A stretch of DNA of 64,000 nt. Source: a virus. The DNA is taken from IMG/VR virus record IMGVR_UViG_3300019776_000564, positions 32,001 through 96,000 of that record, one strand, 5' to 3'. The notes under the pieces are model-generated. The model did not search any database. It had not been told where the DNA came from and saw only the letters and a list, made by a program, of their open reading frames with translations. Position numbers and translations under genes: made by a program. Of this stretch, positions 46,559 to 55,919 are shown piece after piece. The first letter of the stretch is position 1, and each line of letters begins with the position of its first letter.

Positions 46559-47010
46559 TCACCAAGGTAATATCCGTTCTGCTCGCTATCACTCTGGCTG
46601 TAGCGGCTTGGCTGTACATTGACCGTCAAAAGGTTGAGCTTGATGCTCAAAAGGCGACGATCGAACAGCAGGTTAGCCAGTTAAAAGATAGCGAGAGCGC
46701 CCTTAACGCTGAGCGAGAATGGTCTAAAAATCGAGAGGACGTTCTGAAAGCTGTGCGAGATATCAGCATGGACGTAGAATCGATGAGGACTACCATAAAC
46801 AATCAAGAAAGAGCCAATCGAAAAGCCTTTCAGGAGCTTCTGAAAAATGACAAAGAAGTCCGCGATTATATTTCTCAGCCTGTTCCTCGCAGTCTCGGGG
46901 TGCTCTACGAGCGAACCGAAACAACAGATCCCGCGAACTACGGGCCAGGTAGAAGCGTGCCCACTGACACCGTGCGTACTGCCGGGTCGACCAGTTCCAG
47001 CAACAAATGA
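46555..47010 (+). CDS. i-spanin (Rz-like)
   Basis: N-terminal TM helix + coiled coil. Confidence 0.8.
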   Translation: MITKVISVLLAITLAVAAWLYIDRQKVELDAQKATIEQQVSQLKDSESALNAEREWSKNREDVLKAVRDISMDVESMRTTINNQERANRKAFQELLKNDKEVRDYISQPVPRSLGVLYERTETTDPANYGPGRSVPTDTVRTAGSTSSSNK

Positions 47011-47113
47011 AGACTGGAAGAATGCAGTCGATGACCTTGAAAGCAAATTAACCACTTGCTCTATCAAGGTGATTGAGTGTATTCGTATCCAAGGTATCTC
47101 GCCAACGAAGTAA
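46847..47113 (+). CDS. o-spanin (Rz1-like lipoprotein)
   Basis: lipobox AVSGC, Pro/Cys-rich, overlaps the i-spanin in another frame. Confidence 0.8.
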   Translation: MTKKSAIIFLSLFLAVSGCSTSEPKQQIPRTTGQVEACPLTPCVLPGRPVPATNEDWKNAVDDLESKLTTCSIKVIECIRIQGISPTK

Positions 47114-47123
47114 GGAACGCGCC

Positions 47124-47900
47124 ATGTCCGGTAATCAAAGCCGTCAAAATCGTCAACAGCGCCGCGCCGACAAGCGTCGTGAGAATGACAAACGCCAAGG
47201 TAAGCAATTTCCTGAACTTGTACAGAAGCAAAACGAGATCGATGGTGAGCTTGAGCGTCAAGCCAACAAGATTCGATTCGGTCAGCTTGAACCTCGAAAC
47301 GAATCACAATCCCGCTGCATCAACATGCTTGAGAACAGTCGTCTGGCTGTAATCACCGGCCCAGCAGGTACAGGCAAGACGTTTATCTCGGTATCAATGG
47401 CGTGTGAAATGCTCGAATCCGGCGAGATCGAGCGCATCGTTTTGACCCGACCTATGGTTGGTTGTGACGAAGATATGGGCTTCCTGCCTGGCACCGAGTG
47501 GGAGAAATTCAAGGCTTGGATCGGCCCGGGTCTTGAAGTTCTTGAAGGTAAGCTTGGCGCCAAGAAGGTTGAAAGCTACGTTGCTTACAAGAAGATCGTT
47601 GGCGCACCTCTGATGATGATGCGTGGCGCAACCTTCCGTAACGCTCTCGTCATCCTTGATGAGGCTCAGAACAGCACCAAAGGCCAGATGCAGATGTTCC
47701 TGACTCGTCTTGGCGAAGGGTCGAAGGTTGTGGTCTGCGGAGACCTTCGTCAAAGCGACCGTGCCGGCGACGATAACGGTCTTGCTGATGTGGTTCAGAG
47801 ATTCAAAGGTAGCCGAATCATGGGTCGATTTGAGTTCGATGAGGACGATATCACCCGCGATCCTTTGGTTCGTGAAATCGTAAAAGGCTACCGGGATTAA
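47124..47900 (+). CDS. phoH: PhoH-like ATPase
   Basis: GPAGTGKT, GFLPG, RGATF, LDEAQN, LTRLGEGSK, GD..QSD. Confidence 0.93.
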   Translation: MSGNQSRQNRQQRRADKRRENDKRQGKQFPELVQKQNEIDGELERQANKIRFGQLEPRNESQSRCINMLENSRLAVITGPAGTGKTFISVSMACEMLESGEIERIVLTRPMVGCDEDMGFLPGTEWEKFKAWIGPGLEVLEGKLGAKKVESYVAYKKIVGAPLMMMRGATFRNALVILDEAQNSTKGQMQMFLTRLGEGSKVVVCGDLRQSDRAGDDNGLADVVQRFKGSRIMGRFEFDEDDITRDPLVREIVKGYRD

Positions 47901-48060
47901 CGTTTAGCCTAAGCCTGCCCTTCCCTTATTAATACTACTGCTTACAAGATAGTAGTTATTAAATAGGGAAGAGCAGGACGCGGACATAGCTCACCTCCTC
48001 GTTGCAAAATCTGCATCCTCACTTCATCATCGCAAGCTCTAATCTACAGAGCGTTTCCAG

Positions 48061-48783
48061 ATGATCACCCATGCCGGTTCCGAATGGTCTTTGCTTGAGT
48101 GCGATGCTTTGGCTCTCAAGTTTATTCCTATCAACCTCCTTCAAGAGGAAGCTGAGTTGAATGAAACCAAATTCTGGGACTATCGGTTCATGCACCCTAC
48201 TCAGGCTACTCAGCATTACGCCGAGTGCTATGCAGCGGCTCTCAAGCGCGCTGTGAGCAGGAGAACCGATCTGTGGGTAGGTCTGATGATGAAGGGCTTG
48301 AAGAAGCCGGTCATCTTTGAGCTTCCTGCGCGCGCAATCACTGGATTCTGGAGAGGCCGTCAGATGGCTGATCGCATCGGCTGCCCTTACGACTTCTATT
48401 GTGAGCACGCAATGCAGTTTGCAGACAAAGCACGCATGACTTTTCTGCCCAGTAGCTCTCAGATGTACACTAGAACAGTCCCTGAGCGTCTTAAGGGGCT
48501 TCCGTCGCTTGTCGAATACATCGTTGAGCGCTGGGTTGCTAGAACGTCTCATAGCTCATTCTACGCAACGGATGATGCTTATCTGGCTGAGAACTACGTC
48601 GAGGGTCAGGAGCAGATCCGATACCTCAATTACCTGTTCTCCAAGATAAAAGGCTCAAGCTACCCGGAAGGCGTCTTAGCTACCATTCTTGAAAAGGGCC
48701 AGGTGTCTCATGAGCAGATCCTCTTCGCATTCCCGCAATCCGGCAAAGATCTACTTCGCCGTGCGGTATCTCTTTCCCAATAG
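48061..48783 (+). CDS. hypothetical protein upstream of the helicase
   Basis: 240 aa ORF. Confidence 0.75.
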   Translation: MITHAGSEWSLLECDALALKFIPINLLQEEAELNETKFWDYRFMHPTQATQHYAECYAAALKRAVSRRTDLWVGLMMKGLKKPVIFELPARAITGFWRGRQMADRIGCPYDFYCEHAMQFADKARMTFLPSSSQMYTRTVPERLKGLPSLVEYIVERWVARTSHSSFYATDDAYLAENYVEGQEQIRYLNYLFSKIKGSSYPEGVLATILEKGQVSHEQILFAFPQSGKDLLRRAVSLSQ

Positions 48784-48886
48784 TTTTTGCCGCTGAAGCA
48801 GTGCGTATACTGCAAACGCAACGCAAACGAACCCTTGCAAGGAATAACCATGCAGATTTACACCAACAATTTTATCGGAGCGCTCT

Positions 48887-50362
48887 ATGTCTGATGAGTC
48901 AGAGATCAAAGAGAGCTTGGCTCAGCAGATGGCTAGACAGATGGGCATGGTCGAAGAGCCTGACATTGACGATGATATGGATGACGAGATCGAAACCGTC
49001 ATGCAGATGGGTCAAAAGATCGCGCCTCTTCCAACTCTCAGCGTCGATCAAAAGGGTTTCGAGTTTGAGGGCGACTTTCAGCAGAAGATCGCCGCTCTGG
49101 TTGTTCGTGACGAAGCCTTCTACCGTCGCGTAGATGGTCTTGTTAAACCTGAGTATTTCGAGGATCGCAGCCTCTCTGCTCTGGTTCATATCGCTTCGAC
49201 CTATCATGAGAAGTACAAGCGACTTCCAGAAAGATCGGAGTGGGCTGAGCTTATCAAGGATGCGAAAGCAGAGAAGGCAATCCGAGACGATGATGTCCCG
49301 GATATGGTCGTTGCTCTGAAGAAAATCCTGACCTCTGGTCTGCCGGCTCGCGATTACGCTGTAGATAAAGTCGCAGAGTTTGCGAAGAAGCAGGCTATCT
49401 CTGCCGCTTACATGATGACAATCCCGCTTGTAGAGAAGGGTGAACATGCGAAAGCTGAAAAAATCATGCAAAAGGCGTTTGCTACAGGCGCGCAGGCTGT
49501 GGTTCAAGACAACGACTACTGGAACAGTATCGAGTCCCGAACTCAGTATCGACGCGACGTAGAAGCCGGCCTTATCAAGAAAGACGGCGTGACCACGGGT
49601 TTGCCAAAACTGAACAAGATGCTCTACCACGATGGATGGGGTCGAAAAGAGCTTTCCGTTGTGATGGGTGGCGCAAAGAAGGGTAAGTCTACTGGCTTGC
49701 TTCACTGGGCAATTGCATCGTCTACAGCGGGCTTTAACGTTCTGTACGTCACGCTTGAGGTTGCTGCGAAGATCATCATGGAACGTATGGATGCAAACGT
49801 ATCCGGCGTTGATATGGCCGATCTTGCATCAAAAGGTAACGAAGTAGAGAAGGGCGTAAAGGATCGGGCAAGCCTACGCAAGCCCGGTCATCTTAAGGTT
49901 GTAGAGTACCCATCTGGCACAATGACCTGTGCAGATCTTCGTAAGGTTATCGAGTTCTACCGTGCAGAAGGGATCATCTTTGACCTGATCGTGGTCGACT
50001 ACGCCGATATTATGGCCGCAGAGATCAAATCCGGTAACGACATCAACGAATCCAAACAGGTATGGCTTGGCCTTCGTGCAATCGCTCACGATGAAAACGC
50101 CGCAGTTCTTACCGCAACACAAACGAACCGTGCCGGCTTTACTGCTGACGTAGCAAAAGCAGAACACGCCGCAGAAGACTTCAACAAAATCCGTATTGCC
50201 GACTTGGTACTGACCATCAACCGTACTGATGAAGAGAAGGCCAAAGGCGAAGCTCGTCTGTACTTCGCAGCCTCTCGTAACCAAGCTGGCGAGTTCACCC
50301 TGAAAATCAGCCAAGACCTGAGCAAGATGCGCTTCATGACTGGCATTTTGGAGATTAGCTAA
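48887..50362 (+). CDS. DnaB-like replicative helicase
   Basis: GGAKKGKS, VTLE, IVVDYAD, TATQTNR motifs. Confidence 0.88.
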   Translation: MSDESEIKESLAQQMARQMGMVEEPDIDDDMDDEIETVMQMGQKIAPLPTLSVDQKGFEFEGDFQQKIAALVVRDEAFYRRVDGLVKPEYFEDRSLSALVHIASTYHEKYKRLPERSEWAELIKDAKAEKAIRDDDVPDMVVALKKILTSGLPARDYAVDKVAEFAKKQAISAAYMMTIPLVEKGEHAKAEKIMQKAFATGAQAVVQDNDYWNSIESRTQYRRDVEAGLIKKDGVTTGLPKLNKMLYHDGWGRKELSVVMGGAKKGKSTGLLHWAIASSTAGFNVLYVTLEVAAKIIMERMDANVSGVDMADLASKGNEVEKGVKDRASLRKPGHLKVVEYPSGTMTCADLRKVIEFYRAEGIIFDLIVVDYADIMAAEIKSGNDINESKQVWLGLRAIAHDENAAVLTATQTNRAGFTADVAKAEHAAEDFNKIRIADLVLTINRTDEEKAKGEARLYFAASRNQAGEFTLKISQDLSKMRFMTGILEIS

Positions 50363-50493
50363 TGCTAATGCGCGAGAAAGACCCAAATTACGTTAACCCT
50401 GACGAAATCTGGTCTTAGATCTTATCCCGTAACATCCCAGACTCAAGCGCACATAATCGCTGCGCTTGAGTCTTTTCTTTTGAGGAAGCAAAA

Positions 50494-50796
50494 ATGAGCG
50501 ACGAAAACGAGAAAGAACCCGTAGTGAACAACTACCACACTCACACCGTTGAAAAGCATCCGTTCGTGATCGACTGGGATTGCATGGTACCAATCATGGC
50601 CTGTCTGTGCATTCTGGCAGCAACTGCTGCAATCGCCTGGGGTATCACCACCTACAACATTAACGCCAACGAGAAGATGGCCGAAGCTATCAAGAATGGC
50701 TCTCACCCAATGGACGCTTACTGCGCTTTTGATGGCAGCAGCGATAACAAGGTGTGTTTGGTTCGCGCAGCGGTAAGCGGTAAGGAGGCTAAATGA
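50494..50796 (+). CDS. membrane protein
   Basis: 100 aa, one TM segment. Confidence 0.65.
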   Translation: MSDENEKEPVVNNYHTHTVEKHPFVIDWDCMVPIMACLCILAATAAIAWGITTYNINANEKMAEAIKNGSHPMDAYCAFDGSSDNKVCLVRAAVSGKEAK

Positions 50797-51077
50797 AAGA
50801 TTTCGCCAAGCTGTTCACGTTCAAAGATATCGGTCAGGTTCTGGTCACTCTGGATGAAACAGAGAGCGAGGCAAATATAGGCCCGGATATCCATATCTCG
50901 TTCAAGCCTAATAATCTGGGCGTGTGCTCTGTAATTCTTGGTAACTTCGGCAAGACCGCTGACGAAGCTTGGGATGCAGGCGAAGATGCCTTCGGTAAGA
51001 TCGATGAGGAGTTCGCCTACAAAACAGCGAAGAAGGTCATCGATGAATACTCCGGCCTCTTTGGCGGTGAGAAGTAA
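50793..51077 (+). CDS. hypothetical protein
   Basis: 94 aa, GGAGG RBS, FAKLF...GQVLV. Confidence 0.7.
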   Translation: MKDFAKLFTFKDIGQVLVTLDETESEANIGPDIHISFKPNNLGVCSVILGNFGKTADEAWDAGEDAFGKIDEEFAYKTAKKVIDEYSGLFGGEK

Positions 51078-51340
51078 TGACCCTGCCTGATTATGAGATT
51101 CAGGTTTCAGGCGATGGCGGAACCTGCTGGGTTCACTATAACGATGGGTCTACCATTGGCCGCTTCTCTAAAATATTTGGTGTCGATTGCCATAGCAGCA
51201 TGACAGATCAAATGGCAGGCAAGTCTCAGTGCATGTGGTGTACGCACGAGCCACCCGGAAAGACCGAGTGGGACCGCTTTCGCGCTGTTATGCTTGAATC
51301 GTACAGCGTTGTAGTTCCCGAAAACCTGATGACCTTTTAA
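51077..51340 (+). CDS. hypothetical protein
   Basis: 87 aa, Cys/His-rich. Confidence 0.65.
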   Translation: MTLPDYEIQVSGDGGTCWVHYNDGSTIGRFSKIFGVDCHSSMTDQMAGKSQCMWCTHEPPGKTEWDRFRAVMLESYSVVVPENLMTF

Positions 51341-51352
51341 GGATCAACTAAT

Positions 51353-51598
51353 ATGAGTCGCAAAACCAAGCGCAACGCAACGGTTAAGCCTGTGCGCAAA
51401 ATGTCCAACGGTGAAGCCTACACGCTGAAGAACTGGCGTGAAGTAGCTCGACTGGCCTTCGGTGATAAGTCACCCGCAGTTGAGTATCTCGACAACGAAA
51501 TCGAAATGTTTGGCGAGAAGTTCCACCCCGAACTGGACGAGCCGGCAATGAACCTGCTCCTGGCTACCATTGATGATCATGATATCCAGGTGAAGTAA
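51353..51598 (+). CDS. hypothetical protein
   Basis: 81 aa. Confidence 0.65.
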   Translation: MSRKTKRNATVKPVRKMSNGEAYTLKNWREVARLAFGDKSPAVEYLDNEIEMFGEKFHPELDEPAMNLLLATIDDHDIQVK

Positions 51599-52704
51599 TG
51601 ACCAAAGCTAAGGACAACTCCGAGATTGAGGATCTTGTTGATCTGGTCGACATGGAGGACTTCTTGAGCTTTGAAAGCATCGACTACCGGGTCACTCGCG
51701 GGCGATCCGGTACTCAACTAAACCTTAAAGAATGCCCCCGCTGCGGGGGCAGAGACTGGAAGGTCTACCTAAACGCTGAGACAGGTTTGGGTAGTTGCTT
51801 TCATGGTTCATGCTCTGATCAACCCGGTTTCAACAAGTACAGCTTCATCCATCACCTGAACGATAAGAGCCACCGTGAGACGATTCAAGCCCTGAAGCGA
51901 TACGCCAAGAGCTTAGGCTGGACATCGAAGCGTGTGCGCGCTCCTAGACCGCCTGATGAGAACCCCGATGAGATCATCATCCCAACAAGCACCCAACTCC
52001 CCGTTAACGGACGAACTCTCAAGTATCTTTCGGAGCGGGGATTCGGCCCTGAGCTTGCTGATTACTTTGGGTGGCGATACAGCAAGTCGGGAGCGTACAA
52101 GTACACCATCGGTGGTGAAGAGAAAGAGCAGGACTGGTCAAGCAGAGTCATCATTCCGGTATATGGAATCGATGGGCAGCTTGTTACCTTTCAAGGGCGA
52201 AGCATAGAGAAAGACCCTTTCAGGAAATATATCTTCCCGCCAGGATTAGCAGGTGCCGGCCGATTCATTTACAACGCACATAATGCCCTTGGTATGAAAG
52301 AGATCGTTCTTGGTGAGGGCGCCTTTGACGTTGCCGCAATCAAGAAGGCTTTTGACGAGGACATTACGTTCAGAGATATCGGTATCTGTGGAACGTTCGG
52401 TATGCACCTCTCTATCGCAGAGTCAGGCGGTGAGAAGGATCAGCTTAGCGACCTGAAGAAGCTGCAAGAGGCCGGTCTTCAAGAGATAACCATGATGTGG
52501 GATGGCTCATCTGATGCAATCCTCAATGCGATAAAAACCGGCATCAAACTGCGGAGCTTCAGATTCAAGGTGAAGCTTGCAATCTTGCCTGTGGATAAAG
52601 ACCCTAACGAAGTTGATACAGAGGTTGTGCGTCAGGCTTTTGTTAATGCCAAAGAGATAACGCCTCTATATGCCGCTTCAATAATGTCAAAATTCAGTCT
52701 TTAG
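51598..52704 (+). CDS. DNA primase (Zn finger + TOPRIM)
   Basis: CPRC...CFHGSC, YLSERG, FQGR, EGAFD, KDPNE. Confidence 0.88.
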   Translation: MTKAKDNSEIEDLVDLVDMEDFLSFESIDYRVTRGRSGTQLNLKECPRCGGRDWKVYLNAETGLGSCFHGSCSDQPGFNKYSFIHHLNDKSHRETIQALKRYAKSLGWTSKRVRAPRPPDENPDEIIIPTSTQLPVNGRTLKYLSERGFGPELADYFGWRYSKSGAYKYTIGGEEKEQDWSSRVIIPVYGIDGQLVTFQGRSIEKDPFRKYIFPPGLAGAGRFIYNAHNALGMKEIVLGEGAFDVAAIKKAFDEDITFRDIGICGTFGMHLSIAESGGEKDQLSDLKKLQEAGLQEITMMWDGSSDAILNAIKTGIKLRSFRFKVKLAILPVDKDPNEVDTEVVRQAFVNAKEITPLYAASIMSKFSL

Positions 52705-52731
52705 ATAGAGACGCTTTCGAGAGCCATTCCC

Positions 52732-53508
52732 ATGCAATTCTTCACGCCATATAAAACAACAGACCTAAAGACCCTCGAAACCGTATATGTGAAGTGGCCC
52801 GACATATCCGGCAAATCTGGATATACGGAAGTTGCTCATTCCATATCACCAGTAGATTCAAAGGTTAATGTATTCCCGACATCGATGATTGTTTGCTCCC
52901 ACCCTGAGGGCAAACAATGGATGTCAATGTTCATACCGATGAACAAAAGCGGTTCATACGGTATTTCTTTAACTTGGTGGGGTAAGGATCTTATAGTAAA
53001 GGGTCAGTGCCAAGCCAAGTCCGTAAGCGAGTCCGAATGGTACTCAGTTGTAAAGAGCAAGGCTGTAGGTAAAGGTTACGAAGTAGAGCAGTATATTGGC
53101 AGAACAGTGCCTCTGAATGTCGGCCAATCTTTCGTTAGCGATATCGCTAAAGATAATAAAGGTGGCAGACTTCACTTTATGGCCCTTACCTACGATCAGT
53201 ATATTGCTGTGATTGCCGACTCGTGCGGAATCGCCGGTATCGGTTCAATAATGGCTCAAGCGATAGATAATATTGTTCCAACTTCAAACTTTATCTCCTT
53301 TATTGGCAATAAGGGCGTTGATATCAACGCCCTTATTATGGGTGAGGTAGAAAAACTATCGCCTGGATCTACTGAGCGATTAGTTGGCGAAGCTTTTGTT
53401 AGTCACAAGTTTGGCTCAAGCCCACTTGTTAACTCTCAACCAAGAAAGCAAGAGCCTGTTATTGACCGAGAAGAGGTTTATGGCGGTAGCTGGGGAGGCT
53501 TCGCTTAA
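52732..53508 (+). CDS. hypothetical protein
   Basis: 258 aa, more AT-rich codon usage. Confidence 0.7.
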   Translation: MQFFTPYKTTDLKTLETVYVKWPDISGKSGYTEVAHSISPVDSKVNVFPTSMIVCSHPEGKQWMSMFIPMNKSGSYGISLTWWGKDLIVKGQCQAKSVSESEWYSVVKSKAVGKGYEVEQYIGRTVPLNVGQSFVSDIAKDNKGGRLHFMALTYDQYIAVIADSCGIAGIGSIMAQAIDNIVPTSNFISFIGNKGVDINALIMGEVEKLSPGSTERLVGEAFVSHKFGSSPLVNSQPRKQEPVIDREEVYGGSWGGFA

Positions 53509-53577
53509 CAGCTAATGCCATGTAAGCCCTGATAAGCGCTTGTACTATACAAGCGCGCTACTAACGAGATCATCTAT

Positions 53578-54237
53578 ATGACCGAACCTCAGAAAGACCC
53601 CGAACTCATTGCAATCGTGCCAGTTGAAATGAGTATGTCAGGGCGAAACTCTCATTACTTCTTCTGTCACCGTCGCCAACAGCAGGTTAGCTACGCCGTC
53701 TGTCTTCACACGGTGAAGGCTATTGAAGATGATCGCAAGTCCGGTCATACGTTCGATGACTGCCAGCGAGCCTACTGCCACAATGACTGCGAAGCGAAAG
53801 TCATGAAGGCTCAGGAAATCTCGGCCGGACACGCTCTCTTCTATAAAGAGCGTGTGACGCCCGTCGCAGTAAAAGCCAAGTCCTCTGCTGCGGATGGTGC
53901 AGTCAGTAGCGGCAAATACGATATGTCGAACCCGAGCTACGCGCGCGGTTGGGCAATCGGCGGTCGTGAAGGCTACAGCACTGACAAGCCTGTTCCGAAG
54001 CGTCAATCACCCAAACCTACTCGCAACATCGGGCCGATCAAGAAATCCGGGTTCGTTGAAGAGGGCATGGCTGATGTTGTTAACGTGCTTATGAAAGAGC
54101 ACGAAGAAAGCAAGTCTGTACCTAAACCAAAAGTCGCTGAAACTCCGGCTACTGACAAATCATCCACTCGCCCACTGCCAGGTGAATCCACTGCGGACTT
54201 CATCAAGCGTCGGGCCGCACTGAAGGCAGGCAAATGA
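53578..54237 (+). CDS. hypothetical protein (Cys-rich N-terminus)
   Basis: 219 aa. Confidence 0.7.
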   Translation: MTEPQKDPELIAIVPVEMSMSGRNSHYFFCHRRQQQVSYAVCLHTVKAIEDDRKSGHTFDDCQRAYCHNDCEAKVMKAQEISAGHALFYKERVTPVAVKAKSSAADGAVSSGKYDMSNPSYARGWAIGGREGYSTDKPVPKRQSPKPTRNIGPIKKSGFVEEGMADVVNVLMKEHEESKSVPKPKVAETPATDKSSTRPLPGESTADFIKRRAALKAGK

Positions 54238-55643
54238 ACTCCAATCAGATCATGGATATGGTCAGCAAAATCGCTGACACATCCGGCAAGAACGACAAGC
54301 AAGCGCTACTGGCTATTGCGATGGAAGATCCGACTTTCGCTAAGGTGATGAACTACACCTACAATCCGTTCATCACTTACGGCATTCGGCCTAAGCGCCG
54401 TCAGCTTGAGTCCTTGAATCGGTTGTTCAACGATCAGACCTGGACTCTTCTGGATAACCTTGCGAGTCGTCGTCTTACTGGTGATGCGGCAAAGTCCGCT
54501 GTAAGCAAGGAAATGAACTCGCTCGATTCAATGAGCGCCGAACTTCTGTGGCGTATCATCAACAAGGATATGAAAGCCGGGTTCAGTGAGAACTCCATCA
54601 ACAAGGTGTCGAAAGACTTCATCCCTTGTTCACCTTATCAGCGCTGCTCTCTACCGAAGGATGTAGACTTTGAAGGGTGGCCCTGGGCACAAGGTGTAAT
54701 CAGCCAGATCAAGGCTGACGGCATGTTCTTCAACGGCGACGTAGAGTCTGAACTGGTCAGCTTCACAAGTCGTCAGGGTCAGCCTTTCCCAGTTGAAGGC
54801 TTCGAGCAACTGATGAAGGACTTTGCCGATACTTTCAGCCCACTGCTGAACAACTCGGTGTATCCAGACTACGACGAAGGCATTCAGACTCACGGTGAGC
54901 TACTAGTCAAAGGTACAAATGGTGAGTTCCTGCCACGCGAAGTTGGTAACGGCCTCATCAACAAGCTCTGCAAGGGCACGCCTCTTCCAGAAGGTCATAG
55001 TCTGTTCGCTGAACTGTGGAACATCATTCCTAAGAAGTGTGCAGTCAAGAAAGGCCATAACACTGCGCCGTATCTGCAAAACCTTCGCACATTGAACTCC
55101 GCGTTGGGCGTAGTTAAAGCTAGCCGCAAGGAAGTTTCGATCCAAGTTATCGAAACCAAAGTGGTGCGAACCTACGCTGATGCGATGGAGCATTACTACG
55201 CTGCTCGCCGCTGTGGGCTGGAAGGAACCATTGCAAAGAAAACCACTCTGGAATGGAAGGACGGCACTTCTAAAGATCAGGTTAAGCTGAAACAGGAAGT
55301 TCCGGTTGAACTTGAAGTTGAAGGCTTTGAAGAGGGTAAAGAGGGCGGGAAGACTGCCGACACCTTCGGCTCGCTGAAGTGCAAGTCCAAATGCGGAGCG
55401 CTGAAAGTCAACGTAGGCTCCGGCTTCTCTGATGAGCTTCGCGCAGAGATTAATGCCAATCGCGATGATTGGATGGGCGCAATCATCACCGTTAAGGCGA
55501 ACGAAATCATGTACGCCAAGCGTGGCAAGCTGGTACACAGCCTGTTTCTGCCGATCTATGTTGAACGTCGCTTTGACAAGACCGAAGCCGATACCTTCGA
55601 TCAGATCGTTACCCAATTCGAGAATGCGGTGAAAGGCGTATGA
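54234..55643 (+). CDS. ATP-dependent DNA ligase
   Basis: KADG motif I, HGEL, EGTIAK, KLK, VGSGFSD, SLFLP..R.DK. Confidence 0.92.
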   Translation: MNSNQIMDMVSKIADTSGKNDKQALLAIAMEDPTFAKVMNYTYNPFITYGIRPKRRQLESLNRLFNDQTWTLLDNLASRRLTGDAAKSAVSKEMNSLDSMSAELLWRIINKDMKAGFSENSINKVSKDFIPCSPYQRCSLPKDVDFEGWPWAQGVISQIKADGMFFNGDVESELVSFTSRQGQPFPVEGFEQLMKDFADTFSPLLNNSVYPDYDEGIQTHGELLVKGTNGEFLPREVGNGLINKLCKGTPLPEGHSLFAELWNIIPKKCAVKKGHNTAPYLQNLRTLNSALGVVKASRKEVSIQVIETKVVRTYADAMEHYYAARRCGLEGTIAKKTTLEWKDGTSKDQVKLKQEVPVELEVEGFEEGKEGGKTADTFGSLKCKSKCGALKVNVGSGFSDELRAEINANRDDWMGAIITVKANEIMYAKRGKLVHSLFLPIYVERRFDKTEADTFDQIVTQFENAVKGV

Positions 55644-55834
55644 CGACGCTGCCTCGCTACAACTTCATGGTGGTAATTGGAGCCGAAGACCGCAGTGAAC
55701 TTCGCCATATTACGGTGTACGCCGAAGATGAGGTTCACGCCAGAAGTATGGGTGATGTCGCTGCCGAATCGATGCGCGAGGATTTCCATAATGGTCGAGA
55801 GTTCTACGTGGAGTTAGTGACAGCACTCGAATAA
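55640..55834 (+). CDS. hypothetical protein
   Basis: 64 aa, ATGA coupling, terminator 55841-55869. Confidence 0.6.
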   Translation: MTTLPRYNFMVVIGAEDRSELRHITVYAEDEVHARSMGDVAAESMREDFHNGREFYVELVTALE

Positions 55835-55919
55835 CTACCTAACTGGGAGCCGCAAGCTCCCAGTTTTGTTTCTGCATAATAGACGCTGATTTGACGCAAA
55901 CAACATCCATTCAAACAGG

